Assembly: GCA_964363825.1 (NCBI GenBank)
Contig: CAYIJR010000002.1
Span: 1-32,393, forward strand
Reading direction: 5' to 3'
DNA length: 32,393 bases
DNA from: an uncultured Candidatus Saccharibacteria bacterium
GTDB lineage: Bacteria; Patescibacteriota; Minisyncoccia; Minisyncoccales; Staskawiczbacteraceae
Shown: piece after piece, positions 31,695 through 32,393 of the stretch
Numbering within the stretch: the stretch's first letter is position 1
Layout of the letters: each line of letters opens with the position of its first letter
The notes under the pieces: model-generated
Seen by the model: the letters and a program-made list of their open reading frames with translations, nothing else
The model's database searches: none
What the model was told of the DNA's origin: nothing
Program-made: the position numbers and the translations under genes

Positions 31695-32393
31695 TTAGGA
31701 TTTCAAATTTTTGCCGCTGTGGAATTGACGGTGGATATCGCGCAGGCGCTTGTTGGTTACGTGTGTGTAAATTTGAGTGGTGGCAATATTTTTATGGCCC
31801 AAAAATTCCTGGATAGTGCGCAAGTCAACTCCTTGGTTGAGCAAATCCGTGGCGTAAGAATGGCGAAGCGTATGGGGAGTGGTAAAAACAGGTATGCCGG
31901 CCATGATAGCATATTTTTTAACAATCCTTTCAATGGATCTTGAAGTCAGCCTTCCGCCAGATTTGTCTTTAGCCCGAAAATTCAAGAATAAAGCTTTTTC
32001 TTTTGAGTTGCGTATGGACATATACTTTTTAATCCATTCCAAAGCCCTTTCTGAAAAGTACACAGTGCGGGGATTTCCCCCTTTGCCAATGATGCCGATT
32101 TCAAAATCTTTCTTGTCTTTTATATTTGCAAACTGTTCGGTGTTGAGAGCCACTAATTCGGCGATTCTCAAGCCGGTTGAAAAAAAACTTTCAAGAATGG
32201 TGCGATCCCTGATGGCGGTATAGTTTTTGGGTTCGGCAGCGGTTAAAAGCTTCTCTACTTGCTCTAAAGCAAGGAATTTGACGGTTTTTTCGCTTTTATT
32301 GCCCTTAGGAAGGGTTATTTTATCAGGGGGCAATGAAAGTATGTCTTTAGTCACAAAATAGCCTAAAAAGGCCCTTAATGCGATTAAATAGTA
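31695..32393 (-). CDS. Tyrosine recombinase, XerC/XerD-like (5' end beyond the window)
   Basis: GLRIAEL (Arg I), HTLRHSYATDLLNQGVDLRTIQEFLGHKNIATTQIYTHV (RHR-Y catalytic set). The frame stays open upstream of the track start to nt 32393 (YYLIALRAFLGYFV). Confidence 0.85.
   Translation of the reverse strand, partial: YYLIALRAFLGYFVTKDILSLPPDKITLPKGNKSEKTVKFLALEQVEKLLTAAEPKNYTAIRDRTILESFFSTGLRIAELVALNTEQFANIKDKKDFEIGIIGKGGNPRTVYFSERALEWIKKYMSIRNSKEKALFLNFRAKDKSGGRLTSRSIERIVKKYAIMAGIPVFTTPHTLRHSYATDLLNQGVDLRTIQEFLGHKNIATTQIYTHVTNKRLRDIHRQFHSGKNLKS

Noticed and set aside
30152-32393. Classical integron (intI + attI + attC cassettes).
   Set aside because: The recombinase is convergent rather than divergent with the genes. 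It looks like an ordinary XerC/D type with no visible extra IntI-specific insertion. The repeats lack RYYYAAC/GTTRRRY cores, and the genes have their own promoter-like and terminator signals. It is kept only as an analogy in the findings.
1-32393. Alternative genetic code (UGA recoded, as in some CPR lineages).
   Set aside because: TGA terminates well-defined ORFs at natural ends (for example 569..1066, 13908..14645 and the small ORF before uppS). No conserved gene needs read-through.

Overview
This is 32.4 kb of an AT-rich bacterial chromosome. Hand-sampled 60-nt lines of ordinary genes run about 27-42% GC. Nearly all genes are on the + strand, spacers are short and 4-11 nt overlaps are frequent. 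The genetic code is standard: TAA, TAG and TGA all close recognisable genes.

Core genes, called from motifs only (no searches were run): rplU, prmC, a VirD4/TraG-like membrane ATPase, a GNAT, tdh-kbl, glmS, efp, thpR, an ArsR regulator, murC, tyrS, archaeal-type aspS, a DD-carboxypeptidase, mraY, an S41 protease, rplI, pyrG, rpmA, uppS, rdgB, a MOSC protein and a Xer-type tyrosine recombinase that runs off the right edge. The scattered housekeeping order and small spacers suggest a reduced-genome Patescibacteria/CPR-like organism; this is inference. I saw no rRNA, tRNA or CRISPR array.

Unusual layers:
1. A strongly over-represented, strand-polarised word, YTTATTGTGCGACAA, occurs 11 times forward and once reverse. 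Copies lie inside conserved genes in two reading frames.
2. A family of small GC hairpins (CCCCGC-TTA-GCGGGG type) is inserted into that word with flanking duplications. Three composite units sit in the spacers around rdgB and the MOSC gene (each bracketed), next to the LAGLIDADG gene and the recombinase. A 54-nt version sits in frame inside prmC.
3. Other GC palindromes lie in frame in thpR and possibly tyrS.
4. An MntA/HepT toxin-antitoxin cassette is bracketed by two diverged 136-bp copies of the ATPase gene's 3' end.
5. A block of about 5 kb with higher GC (about 50-58% in sampled lines) spans 11.3-16.4 kb. It carries orphan genes, including a ParB-nuclease-like protein and a Cys-rich protein, which use GTG/TTG starts, strong SD sites and consensus promoters.
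6. Nearly every spacer holds a hairpin built from tandem short words.
7. A free-standing LAGLIDADG gene has a degenerate motif.
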